Shown here: positions 18,773-26,984 of the stretch, piece after piece
Layout: each line of letters begins with the position of its first letter
Numbering within the stretch: the first letter of the stretch is position 1
NCBI GenBank assembly: GCA_964291675.2
Contig: OZ219866.1
Span: 2,656,001 to 2,720,000, forward strand
Origin: Alphaproteobacteria bacterium
GTDB taxonomy: Bacteria > Pseudomonadota > Alphaproteobacteria > MPNO01
Direction: 5' to 3'
DNA: 64,000 nucleotides
Made by a program: the position numbers and the translations under genes
The notes under the pieces: model-generated
Told to the model about the DNA's origin: nothing
Seen by the model: the letters and a program-made list of their open reading frames with translations, nothing else
Databases searched by the model: none

Positions 18773-20305
18773 CTATTCGCGGTGTTCGGGAAACGCGTCG
18801 AGCAACGGCCCCGGCCGGGCGCGGACCATGTCCGTCAGCTCGCGGCGCAACCCGCGCCGTCCGTCGTCGTCGAACAAATTGTCCATCTCGTCCGGGTCGT
18901 CGGCGAGGTCGTACATCTCGCCGGCGCCGGAGAGCAAGTCGACGGTGAGCTTGGCGTCCGCCGTGCGAACCGTGCGGAGCCGCAGCTCCACCCCGGCGCG
19001 GCTCGGGTGCAGGTTCCATTCGCCGTAGGCGACGTCTCGGCCTTCCCCGCCCTCGATCAGCGGCTTGAGCGACCGGCTCTGGATGTCGTCCGGGCGGTCG
19101 ATCCCGGCGTAGTCGTAGAACGTCGCCGCGAGGTCCACGGTCGAGACCGGGTCGGCGACGACGCGCCCGGCGGGGACGCCCGGCCCGCGCACGATCAGCC
19201 CGACCCTGAGCAGCCCCTCATACGGCGTCGGCCCCTTGAGGTAGAGGCCGTGATCGCCCAGCAACTCGCCGTGGTCCGCGGTGAACACCGCGAGCGTATC
19301 GTCGGCGAGGCCGAGCGCGTCCAGCCGGTCCAGTATGCGGCCGACGCCGTGGTCGATGAACGCGATCTCGCCGAAATAGTTGGCTGTCATCTCGGCCAGC
19401 TGGCGGTCGGTCTGCGGCTCGATCCGGCTGTATTCGCGGCGCAGGGTGCGCGACCGCTCGGTGCGCGCCCGCGGCTCGTTCTCCAGCGCCGCCCGGTGCC
19501 ACCACGGCCGGCGGTCGAGGTCGCGCGCATGGGTCGGCGAAATGTCCACCTCGTCGGCGCCGTGCAGCCGGCTCCACGGCTCCGGGCAGTCGAACGGGTG
19601 GTGCGGGTCCGGGTAGGAGACCCAGAGGCAGAACGGCGCTTGCGGATCGTGACCGTCGAGAAAGGCCAGCGTGCGATCCGTCACCCAGGTCGTCGAATGC
19701 CAGAGTGCCGGAAGCCTCGAAAACCAGGTCTGCGCCGCCCCGGGCGGCGGCCCGGCATCCTCCGCCCACAGCGACCACGCCTCGCCGTCGCCGCCGCGGC
19801 TCCAGAACCAGCGCTCGAAATGCTGGCCGCGCGGCGGCTTCTCGCAGGGCAGCAGATCGTGCCAGTGGCCGAGGATCATCAGCTCGACCTCGTCGAAGCC
19901 CATATAGGGACCCGTCCAGTCGTCGGGAAAGCCGGCGGACTGCCCGCGGCTCTCCGGCGCGCCGTACGGGGTCGCCGCCGGATCCTCGCCGAAATGGCCC
20001 TTGCCGATGAACTTGCCGGCATAGCCGGCATCCGCGAGACGGCGCGCCCAGCCGCGCTCGGCGGTGCGCGCGTCGAGGTCGACGAAGTTGTCGTAGGCGC
20101 CGTGGGTCAGCGGCAGCATGCCGGTCAGGATCGACGCGCGCGCCGGCTGGCACACCAGGTTGGGCGTGATCGCCGCGGAGAACCGGGTTCCCGCCGCCGC
20201 CATCCGGTCGAGCCAGGGCGTGCGGATCCGCCGCCCCTCGAAGCCGAAACAGTCCCAGCGGTGCTGGTCCGAGGTGATGAGCAGGATGTTGGGCGGTCGC
20301 GGCAC
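18773..20305 (-). CDS. Cys-type sulfatase
   Basis: PNILLITSDQH, CQPARASILTG, GKGH, PDPHHPF, FTADHGE, GLYLKG, YEGLLRV. Confidence 0.92.
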   Translation of the reverse strand: MPRPPNILLITSDQHRWDCFGFEGRRIRTPWLDRMAAAGTRFSAAITPNLVCQPARASILTGMLPLTHGAYDNFVDLDARTAERGWARRLADAGYAGKFIGKGHFGEDPAATPYGAPESRGQSAGFPDDWTGPYMGFDEVELMILGHWHDLLPCEKPPRGQHFERWFWSRGGDGEAWSLWAEDAGPPPGAAQTWFSRLPALWHSTTWVTDRTLAFLDGHDPQAPFCLWVSYPDPHHPFDCPEPWSRLHGADEVDISPTHARDLDRRPWWHRAALENEPRARTERSRTLRREYSRIEPQTDRQLAEMTANYFGEIAFIDHGVGRILDRLDALGLADDTLAVFTADHGELLGDHGLYLKGPTPYEGLLRVGLIVRGPGVPAGRVVADPVSTVDLAATFYDYAGIDRPDDIQSRSLKPLIEGGEGRDVAYGEWNLHPSRAGVELRLRTVRTADAKLTVDLLSGAGEMYDLADDPDEMDNLFDDDGRRGLRRELTDMVRARPGPLLDAFPEHRE

Positions 20306-20347
20306 GGAAGGGCTCCCCGATGGACGGGCGCAGGCTGCCGCAATCTA

Positions 20348-20361
20348 GTTGTCGCTGCAAC
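20348..20361. promoter_or_regulatory. Imperfect palindrome GTTGTCGCTGCAAC, second candidate MarR operator in the divergent intergenic region
   Basis: Shares TAGTTGTC...CAAC with the 17339 site. Confidence 0.55.
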
Positions 20362-20450
20362 CAGACACCCGCACCCATTCCGGCGCGCCTTGCCGGGCGA
20401 GGGCGTTTTCCGCAATATCGCGCGCCGTCCGACGAACGGAGACCCCGCTC

Positions 20451-21500
20451 TTGAGCCAGCGTGAGATCCACCTCTGCGGCAGCATCCCCCTGGCGAATGC
20501 CGGGGAGGTGTTCGCCACGGTCGCCGACCGCCTGGGCGGCGCGGTGAAGCGCATTCCCGACGGCGAGACCGGCGAGCGGCTGGCCTGGATCCGCTGGCAG
20601 GATCACGTGTTCAAGGACCACCCCCGGTTCGAGCCCATCGAATCGGAGGGGGACTACCGCAACCCCACCGCCTTCGCCGGCGGCGGCAGCATCGCCCATA
20701 CCACGTGGTGGCGGATCGCGGACGGCGTCTCCCCCGACGCGCTGGAGATGCGCCCGCTCGGCTACGCCGCCTGCGCCATCGAGAGCTTCGCCACCTTCGA
20801 GGCGTTGCAGGAGGCGGGGAGGGTTCCGCGCGACACAAGGTTCCTGATCGCCGTGCCGAGCCCGTTCAACGTGCTCAACTCGGCGATCGCGCCGGCCGAC
20901 CGGATACGCGTCGAGCCGGCCTACGTGGCGCGCATGATGCAGGAGATCGACGAGGTCGCCCGGGCCCTGCCGCACGGGCGGATCGCCTGGCAGTGGGACA
21001 ACGCGCACGACATGCAGGCCTTCGACGGCGCGCGGCAATGCTACTTCCCCTTCCACAGGGACGGCATCGCCGAGCGCCTGGTCGCGTGCGGCGATGCGAT
21101 CCCGGCCGGCATCGAGATGGGCTACCATCTCTGCTACGGCTCGTTCGGCGGCAGGCACTTCGTCGAGCCGCGCGACATGGGCGCCATGGTCGACCTCGCC
21201 AACCGGCTCGCCTCGGGCGTCGAGCGGTCGATCGACTGGATCCACATGCCGGTGCCGGTCGAACGCGACGACGAGGGCTATTTCGAGCCGCTGCGCGACC
21301 TCGCGCTGAAGCCGGAGACGACGCTGTTCCTCGGCCTGGTCCATGACACCGACGGCGTCGCCGGGACGCGGCGGCGGATGGCGACGGCCGACAAGCATGT
21401 CGCCGGCTACGGTATCGCCACCGAATGCGGCTTCGGCCGGCGGCCGGCGGAGACCGTGGGTCCGCTGCTCGACATCCACGCCGCGCTGGCCGGAGTCTGA
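20451..21500 (+). CDS. MetE C-terminal-like (cobalamin-independent methionine synthase / URO-D superfamily) zinc enzyme of unknown substrate
   Basis: HLCGSIPL, RIPDGETGER, HLCYG (HxC), ATECGFGRR; TTG start at 20451 inferred. Confidence 0.7.
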   Translation: MSQREIHLCGSIPLANAGEVFATVADRLGGAVKRIPDGETGERLAWIRWQDHVFKDHPRFEPIESEGDYRNPTAFAGGGSIAHTTWWRIADGVSPDALEMRPLGYAACAIESFATFEALQEAGRVPRDTRFLIAVPSPFNVLNSAIAPADRIRVEPAYVARMMQEIDEVARALPHGRIAWQWDNAHDMQAFDGARQCYFPFHRDGIAERLVACGDAIPAGIEMGYHLCYGSFGGRHFVEPRDMGAMVDLANRLASGVERSIDWIHMPVPVERDDEGYFEPLRDLALKPETTLFLGLVHDTDGVAGTRRRMATADKHVAGYGIATECGFGRRPAETVGPLLDIHAALAGV

Positions 21501-21511
21501 AAGGAACCGGG

Positions 21512-23140
21512 TTGCCCAAGCTGACCACCGGCGAGGCGATCGCCAAGTCCCTGGTCCTGCACGGCGTCGACACCGTGTTCGGGATCCCCGGCGCCCACAT
21601 GTACCACTTCACCGACGCGCTGGCGCGGGAGAGCAACCGCATCCGCTTCGTCACCACCCGCCACGAGCAGGGCGCGGGCCACATGGCGTTCGGCTACGCC
21701 AAGTCGACCGGAAAGGTGGGGGCGTACACCGTCGTGCCCGGCCCGGGCGTGCTCAACTCCTCCTCCGCCCTCAGCGTCGCCTATGGCGCGAGCGCGCCCG
21801 TGCTGTGCGTTACCGGGAACGTGATGTCCCACCTGATCGGAAGGGGGCGGGGTCAACTGCACGAGCTGCCCGACCAGCTCGCGACGCTGCGCGGCTTCAC
21901 CGGCTATGCCGAGCGCATCGACCACCCGACCCAGGCGCCCGGGATCGTCGCCCGCGCGTTCCGGGAAATGCTCGCCGGGCGGGTCCGGCCGGCGGCCGTC
22001 GAGGCGCCGTGGGACGTGTTCGGCGAGGCCGCCGAGGTCGAGCTCGCCATCGACCGCTCCCTGCCCGCCCCGCCGGCGCCCGACCCGGACGCGGTCGCGG
22101 CGGCGGCGAAGCTGGTCCGCGAAGCGCGCAACCCGCTGATCGTGGTCGGCGCGGGCGCCCAGCACGCCCCCGAGGAGGTCGCGGCGCTCGCCAAGCTGAT
22201 CCAGGCGCCGGTCACCGCGTTCCGCAGCGGCAAGGGGGTGGTGGGCAACGACAGCCCCTACGGGCTGCTCTCCACGGCGGCCTGGGAGTACTGGCCGAAA
22301 TGCGACCTGCTGATCGGCATCGGCAGCCGGCTGGAGCTGGTCCATTTCCGCTGGCGCTGGATGCCGGACGGCATCAGGACGATCCGCATCGACATCGATC
22401 CGACCGAGTTCGTCCGCATCCGCCCCGATGTCGGGATGGTCACCGACGCCAGGCTCGGCACCGCCGCGCTGATCGCGGCGCTGGAGACCTCGATCGACAA
22501 GCGGGCGTCGCGCGCGGACGAGTTCCTCGGCTACAGCGCGGCGGCGGAAGCGGCGATCGAATCGGTCCAGCCGCAGGTCGGATTTCTCAAGGCGATCCGC
22601 GCCGCGCTGCCCCGCGACGGGCTGCTGGTCGAGGAGATCACCCAGGCCGGGTTCGCCGCGCGCTTTGCCTTCCCGGTCTACGGCCCGAGGCAATACGTGA
22701 CCTGCGGCTACCAGGAGAGCCTCGGCTTCGGCTTCCAGACCGCCGTCGGCGTCAAGATCGCCAACCCCGACAAGTGCGTGGTTTCGATCACCGGGGACGG
22801 CGGCTTCATGTTCGGCATCCAGGAGCTCGCGACGGCGGTGCAGCACCGGATCAACCTGGTGACCGTGGTGTTCAACAACAACGCCTTCGGCAACGTCCAC
22901 CGCGACCAGACGACCGTGTTCGACGGCCGCCTGATCGGCGCCGAGCTGGTCAACCCCGATTTCGTCAAAGTCGCCGAGGGGTTCGGCGCCAAGGGGGTGC
23001 GGGCCTCGACCCCGGAGGCGCTGCGGACGGCGCTGGAGGAGGGGTTCGGGGAGGACGGGCCGGTGCTGATCGAGGTGCCGATCGAGACCGGCAGCGAGGC
23101 GTCGCCCTGGCCCTTCGCACACCCGGAGCGGGAGAGCTAG
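21512..23140 (+). CDS. Thiamine diphosphate-dependent enzyme (IlvB/acetolactate synthase-like family)
   Basis: GVDTVFGIPG, RHEQGAGHMA, VPGPG, TGDGGFMF...NNNAFG ThDP motif; TTG start inferred. Confidence 0.9.
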   Translation: MPKLTTGEAIAKSLVLHGVDTVFGIPGAHMYHFTDALARESNRIRFVTTRHEQGAGHMAFGYAKSTGKVGAYTVVPGPGVLNSSSALSVAYGASAPVLCVTGNVMSHLIGRGRGQLHELPDQLATLRGFTGYAERIDHPTQAPGIVARAFREMLAGRVRPAAVEAPWDVFGEAAEVELAIDRSLPAPPAPDPDAVAAAAKLVREARNPLIVVGAGAQHAPEEVAALAKLIQAPVTAFRSGKGVVGNDSPYGLLSTAAWEYWPKCDLLIGIGSRLELVHFRWRWMPDGIRTIRIDIDPTEFVRIRPDVGMVTDARLGTAALIAALETSIDKRASRADEFLGYSAAAEAAIESVQPQVGFLKAIRAALPRDGLLVEEITQAGFAARFAFPVYGPRQYVTCGYQESLGFGFQTAVGVKIANPDKCVVSITGDGGFMFGIQELATAVQHRINLVTVVFNNNAFGNVHRDQTTVFDGRLIGAELVNPDFVKVAEGFGAKGVRASTPEALRTALEEGFGEDGPVLIEVPIETGSEASPWPFAHPERES

Positions 23141-23147
23141 GCGGGAA

Positions 23148-23789
23148 GTGAAGCGCTGGTCGCCGGTTCTGTTGGCGGTGTCGCTCGCCGCGCTGTCGGC
23201 GCGGGCCGAGCCGCTCGTGCTGGGACGGTTCTCCGCGGGCGACATGGCGAACTGGCAGGTGCGCGAGTTCGAGGGCGAGACCCGCTACCGGATCGTCGAG
23301 CTCGACGGGCGGCGCGTGCTTGAGGCCGTCAGCGAGTCCTCGGCATCGAGCCTCTATCTGGAACGCGAGATCGACCTCGCGGCGACCCCGGTGCTGGAGT
23401 GGCGCTGGCGGATCGCCGGGACAGTTGGGGTGAGCGACGAGCGGGTCAAGCAGGGCGACGACTTCGCCGCCCGGGTCTATGTCGTCGCGCCCGGCGAGGG
23501 GTGGTTCTCCCTGCCGATCGCGATCAGCTATGTCTGGGCCGGCAGGGCGCGCGTCGGCGATGCCTGGCCCAACCCCTTCACCTCCAAGGTGATGATGTTC
23601 GCCCTCGATTCCGGCGACCGGCAGGCGGGGGCGTGGCGGACCCACAGGCGGGATGTGCGCGCCGACTTCAGACGCCTGTTCGGCCGCGCGGTGGACCGGC
23701 TGGAAGGGGTCGCGGTGATGACCGATTCCGACAACAGCGGACGCCGCGCCCGCGCCTGGTACAGCGACATCGCCTTTCACCCCGAGTAG
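23148..23789 (+). CDS. DUF3047 family secreted protein
   Basis: Signal peptide; TPVLEWRW, GDDFAARVYV, ISYVW, PNPFT, RDVRADF, AVMTDSDNS. Confidence 0.85.
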   Translation: MKRWSPVLLAVSLAALSARAEPLVLGRFSAGDMANWQVREFEGETRYRIVELDGRRVLEAVSESSASSLYLEREIDLAATPVLEWRWRIAGTVGVSDERVKQGDDFAARVYVVAPGEGWFSLPIAISYVWAGRARVGDAWPNPFTSKVMMFALDSGDRQAGAWRTHRRDVRADFRRLFGRAVDRLEGVAVMTDSDNSGRRARAWYSDIAFHPE

Positions 23790-23804
23790 CCGCGCCCGCC
23801 CGCG

Positions 23805-24452
23805 TCACCCGGCGTCGGCCTCGCCCGCCGCCGCTTCGTCCAGCGCGGCCGCGCGGCGATAGGCATCGCGCGTCTCCAGGCGCGACCAGTAGGTTTCGAA
23901 GGCCGGGCGCTTCTCGATCAGCTCGAATTGCAGGCCCCAGAAGACATGAGATCCGACATAGACATCGGCGGCGGAGAAGTCCTCTCCGGCGACGTAGCCC
24001 GCGCCCTCCACCGCGCGTTCCAGAGCCGCCATCACGGTCGGGAAATTGCCGTACCCCACCATCGCCTCCTTGTCCTCGGGCGGGGCCAGGCCGAAGGCGC
24101 GGTTGGTGACCGCCGCCTCCAGCGGACCGGCGGCGAAGAACAGCCAGCGGTAATAGGCGCCGCGCTCCCCGGCCGGCGGCGCGAGCCCGGCGTCGGGGAA
24201 GGCGTCCGCCAGATAGGCGCAGATCGCCGGAGCCTCGGTGACCGCGGTCGCGCCGTGGCGGATCGCCGGCACCTTGCCCATCGGGTTGATCGCCAAATAC
24301 GATTCCGACTTCATCGCCGGCTTGTATTCGAGGAGCTCGGTAAGGTAGGGCACCCCCGCCTCCTCCAGCATCCAGCGCGCGATCCGCCCGCGCGACATCG
24401 GGTTGGTGTACAGCACCAATTCTGCGTCTTGCGGTGCGTTTCCATCGAGCAA
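23805..24452 (-). CDS. Glutathione S-transferase family protein
   Basis: LYTNPMSRGRIARWMLEE, NPMGKVPAI, TEAPAICAYLAD, FSAADVY; TTG start after GGAGG. Confidence 0.92.
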   Translation of the reverse strand: MLDGNAPQDAELVLYTNPMSRGRIARWMLEEAGVPYLTELLEYKPAMKSESYLAINPMGKVPAIRHGATAVTEAPAICAYLADAFPDAGLAPPAGERGAYYRWLFFAAGPLEAAVTNRAFGLAPPEDKEAMVGYGNFPTVMAALERAVEGAGYVAGEDFSAADVYVGSHVFWGLQFELIEKRPAFETYWSRLETRDAYRRAAALDEAAAGEADAG

Positions 24453-24923
24453 GGTTCGTTCCTCCCCCGGTTCTCGATCGAATTCGCCGATTGCGTCGTG
24501 AGCCTGTCCGGCGGTTGCCGTCTCGGGACAACATGCCGAACCCCGGACTTGAGCTCGACATGGACTGTCCCCGATTTTTCCCGCACTCGACGCCGGCAAC
24601 GCCCGTCGGCCCATCGGTACAAGGATCTCGACGGCTGCGACCTTGAGCCGCTCCCGGCGGGCTTGACCGGCGCGCCTCCGGTCCCGACATGAGTATCGGG
24701 AGGCGGACGATGGCGATCCGGATACCCGAGCGCACGGCATCGGATGTTTGCGATGCATAAGTCAAATTTCGCTTTGCCGCACTGCCTCGCGGTTTTGTTT
24801 TCTTTGTCACGACCGCGCCCGTGATGGTAATTTCCCGGCCTTTTCCCGCGCATTCGCGTCCGATCGCTTCCCGCGGGAATTGCGGCGTCCGTGCCTTGCG
24901 ACCGATCGGGATGCGAGGAGGCC

Positions 24924-26948
24924 ATGCCTGACACGACGGTGACGACCCAGCCGCTGAGCCTGCCGGAAGAGCTCGTCCTGATGCTGCTCAACGAGCAGAA
25001 CGGCTATTTCCATCAGGTTCCGGGCTGGGACCTGAACTGCACCGTTGTCGGCGCGGTGCTCGCGGAACTCTCCCTCCAGGCGCGCATCGACACGGATCTG
25101 GATTCGCTGCATCTGCTGGACGCGACGGAAACCGGCGATCCCGCTCTCGATCCGGTTCTGAAGCAGATCGCCGACGAGCCGGATCGACGAAACGCCCAGT
25201 ACTGGATCGAACGCCTCGCCGGGCGGGCGGACGCGATCGTCGACCGGACCCTGGACCGCCTGGTCGAGCTGAAGATCCTGGAGCACCATGACGGCGATTT
25301 CTGGACGCTGGCGACCGCGAGGTGGTACGAGGATCTGCGCGGCGCCTCCCAGGAAGGCACGGTCGGCCAGTTCATCAAGACCCGCGTGGTCAAGGCGCTC
25401 TTCACCGACGAGATTCCCGATCCGAGAGACGTCATCGTCATCTGCCTCGTCGACGCGTGCGACGTCTTTCGCATCATGTTCGAGCTCGACGAGGAGACCG
25501 AAGAGCGCATCGCCTTCATCCGCCAGATGGACCTGATCGGCCGGTCCATAGCGGCGGCGGTGGCGCAGAACATCGCCACCCCGATGCTCAGGCGTTCCAC
25601 CCTCACCAAGAAGATACCCGTCATCGCCCTGCGCCGGCTGCTGCCGAGCCCGCATGTTCGCAGCGGCAACATTCCCGCGGTCTTGGCGGATCTCGCGAGG
25701 GAATACGGCCCGGCGTTCGAGGTCCGTCTGCCGTTCGCGAAACCGATGACCTTCCTCGCCGGGCCCGAGACCAACCGCTGGGTGCACCGGCACGGGCGGA
25801 TGCACCTGAAGGCCGGGGGCTATTTCGCCGAGTTCGAGAAGGTCTACGGCGCGCACGGCGTAATGCCGTCGCTCGACGGCGCCGATCATTTCCGGCTTCG
25901 CAAGGCGATGGGGCCGGCCCAGTCGCGCGGCAGGCTTTCCGGCCGGCTGGACGAGGTCTACCGGCTCGCCCGCGAATTCATGGCGGGCTGGACGGTGGGG
26001 AAAACCTTCCCGGTGCGCGACTGCCGGCGCATGATCAACGCGCAGCTCTCGCCGCTCTTCCTGAGCGTCGATTCGCAGGACATCATCGACGACCTGATGG
26101 ACTTCAAGGAGCGGGCGCTGACGACGCATATCATGAACGCCTTGCCGAGGTTCATGCTGAACACGCCCGGGATGAAGCGCCGCGCCAAAGCCGTCGACAC
26201 GCTGCTGGAACGGATCCAGAGCGTCCACACGCCGGTGCAGCGCGCCGGTTGCCCGCGCGACCTGGCCGACGACTGGCTGAGCCTGCACGCGAGCGATCCG
26301 CAGCTGGTGCCGGAGGCCAATTTGCGTTTCGCCCTGTCCGCGGCGCTGGTGGCCAGCGTCTATCTCGGCGACGCGCTCAGCTTCGCGGTCTACGCGCTGG
26401 CGTCCCAGCCCGCGCTCGGCAAGAGAATCCAGGAAGAAGCCGACGCCCTGTTCGGGAACCGGGACCCGGACGGCGAGGACTTCAACCAGTCGTCGATGGA
26501 GGTCACGCACCGCTTTCTGATGGAGTGCCTCAGGATGTATCCGATCGTCCCCGTGTCGATGCGGGACGTGATGAACTCCTTCGTGCTCGAAGGCTACGAG
26601 CTGCCGGTGGGGGCAAGGGTCAGTATCGCCCAGACGGCCTCGCACTACATGGAAGACGTCTTTCCCGACCCCTTCTCGTTCGACATCGACCGCTATCTGC
26701 CGCCCCGCGAAGAGCACCGCGGCCCGGGCTACGCGCCCTACGGGCTGGGCACGCACAGATGCCTGGGCTCGCGCTGGATGGACCTGCAGCTCGCGGTCAA
26801 CGTGCTGATGATCGCGCATTACTTCACCCTCGAGGTCACCCCCGCGCGCTACGCCGATGCGCTGCCGTTCAGCCCGCTGCCGTCGATGAAGCCGACCGAG
26901 AAGCTGAATTTCCTCGTCGCCGGGCAGAGGCGCGAGCTGCCGGTCTGA
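24924..26948 (+). CDS. GPP34 (GOLPH3/Vps74-like) domain fused to a cytochrome P450
   Basis: N-terminal about 215 aa LSLPEELVLMLL...GAVLAELSLQARID...TGDPALD...LDRLV (GPP34 pattern); C-terminal P450 with ECLR (ExxR), FDIDRY and YGLGTHRCLG; one uninterrupted ORF with GAGGAGG RBS. Confidence 0.85.
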   Translation: MPDTTVTTQPLSLPEELVLMLLNEQNGYFHQVPGWDLNCTVVGAVLAELSLQARIDTDLDSLHLLDATETGDPALDPVLKQIADEPDRRNAQYWIERLAGRADAIVDRTLDRLVELKILEHHDGDFWTLATARWYEDLRGASQEGTVGQFIKTRVVKALFTDEIPDPRDVIVICLVDACDVFRIMFELDEETEERIAFIRQMDLIGRSIAAAVAQNIATPMLRRSTLTKKIPVIALRRLLPSPHVRSGNIPAVLADLAREYGPAFEVRLPFAKPMTFLAGPETNRWVHRHGRMHLKAGGYFAEFEKVYGAHGVMPSLDGADHFRLRKAMGPAQSRGRLSGRLDEVYRLAREFMAGWTVGKTFPVRDCRRMINAQLSPLFLSVDSQDIIDDLMDFKERALTTHIMNALPRFMLNTPGMKRRAKAVDTLLERIQSVHTPVQRAGCPRDLADDWLSLHASDPQLVPEANLRFALSAALVASVYLGDALSFAVYALASQPALGKRIQEEADALFGNRDPDGEDFNQSSMEVTHRFLMECLRMYPIVPVSMRDVMNSFVLEGYELPVGARVSIAQTASHYMEDVFPDPFSFDIDRYLPPREEHRGPGYAPYGLGTHRCLGSRWMDLQLAVNVLMIAHYFTLEVTPARYADALPFSPLPSMKPTEKLNFLVAGQRRELPV

Positions 26949-26984
26949 CGCGGCGCACCCGCCCGGCCGTGGGCGGGACGGCGC

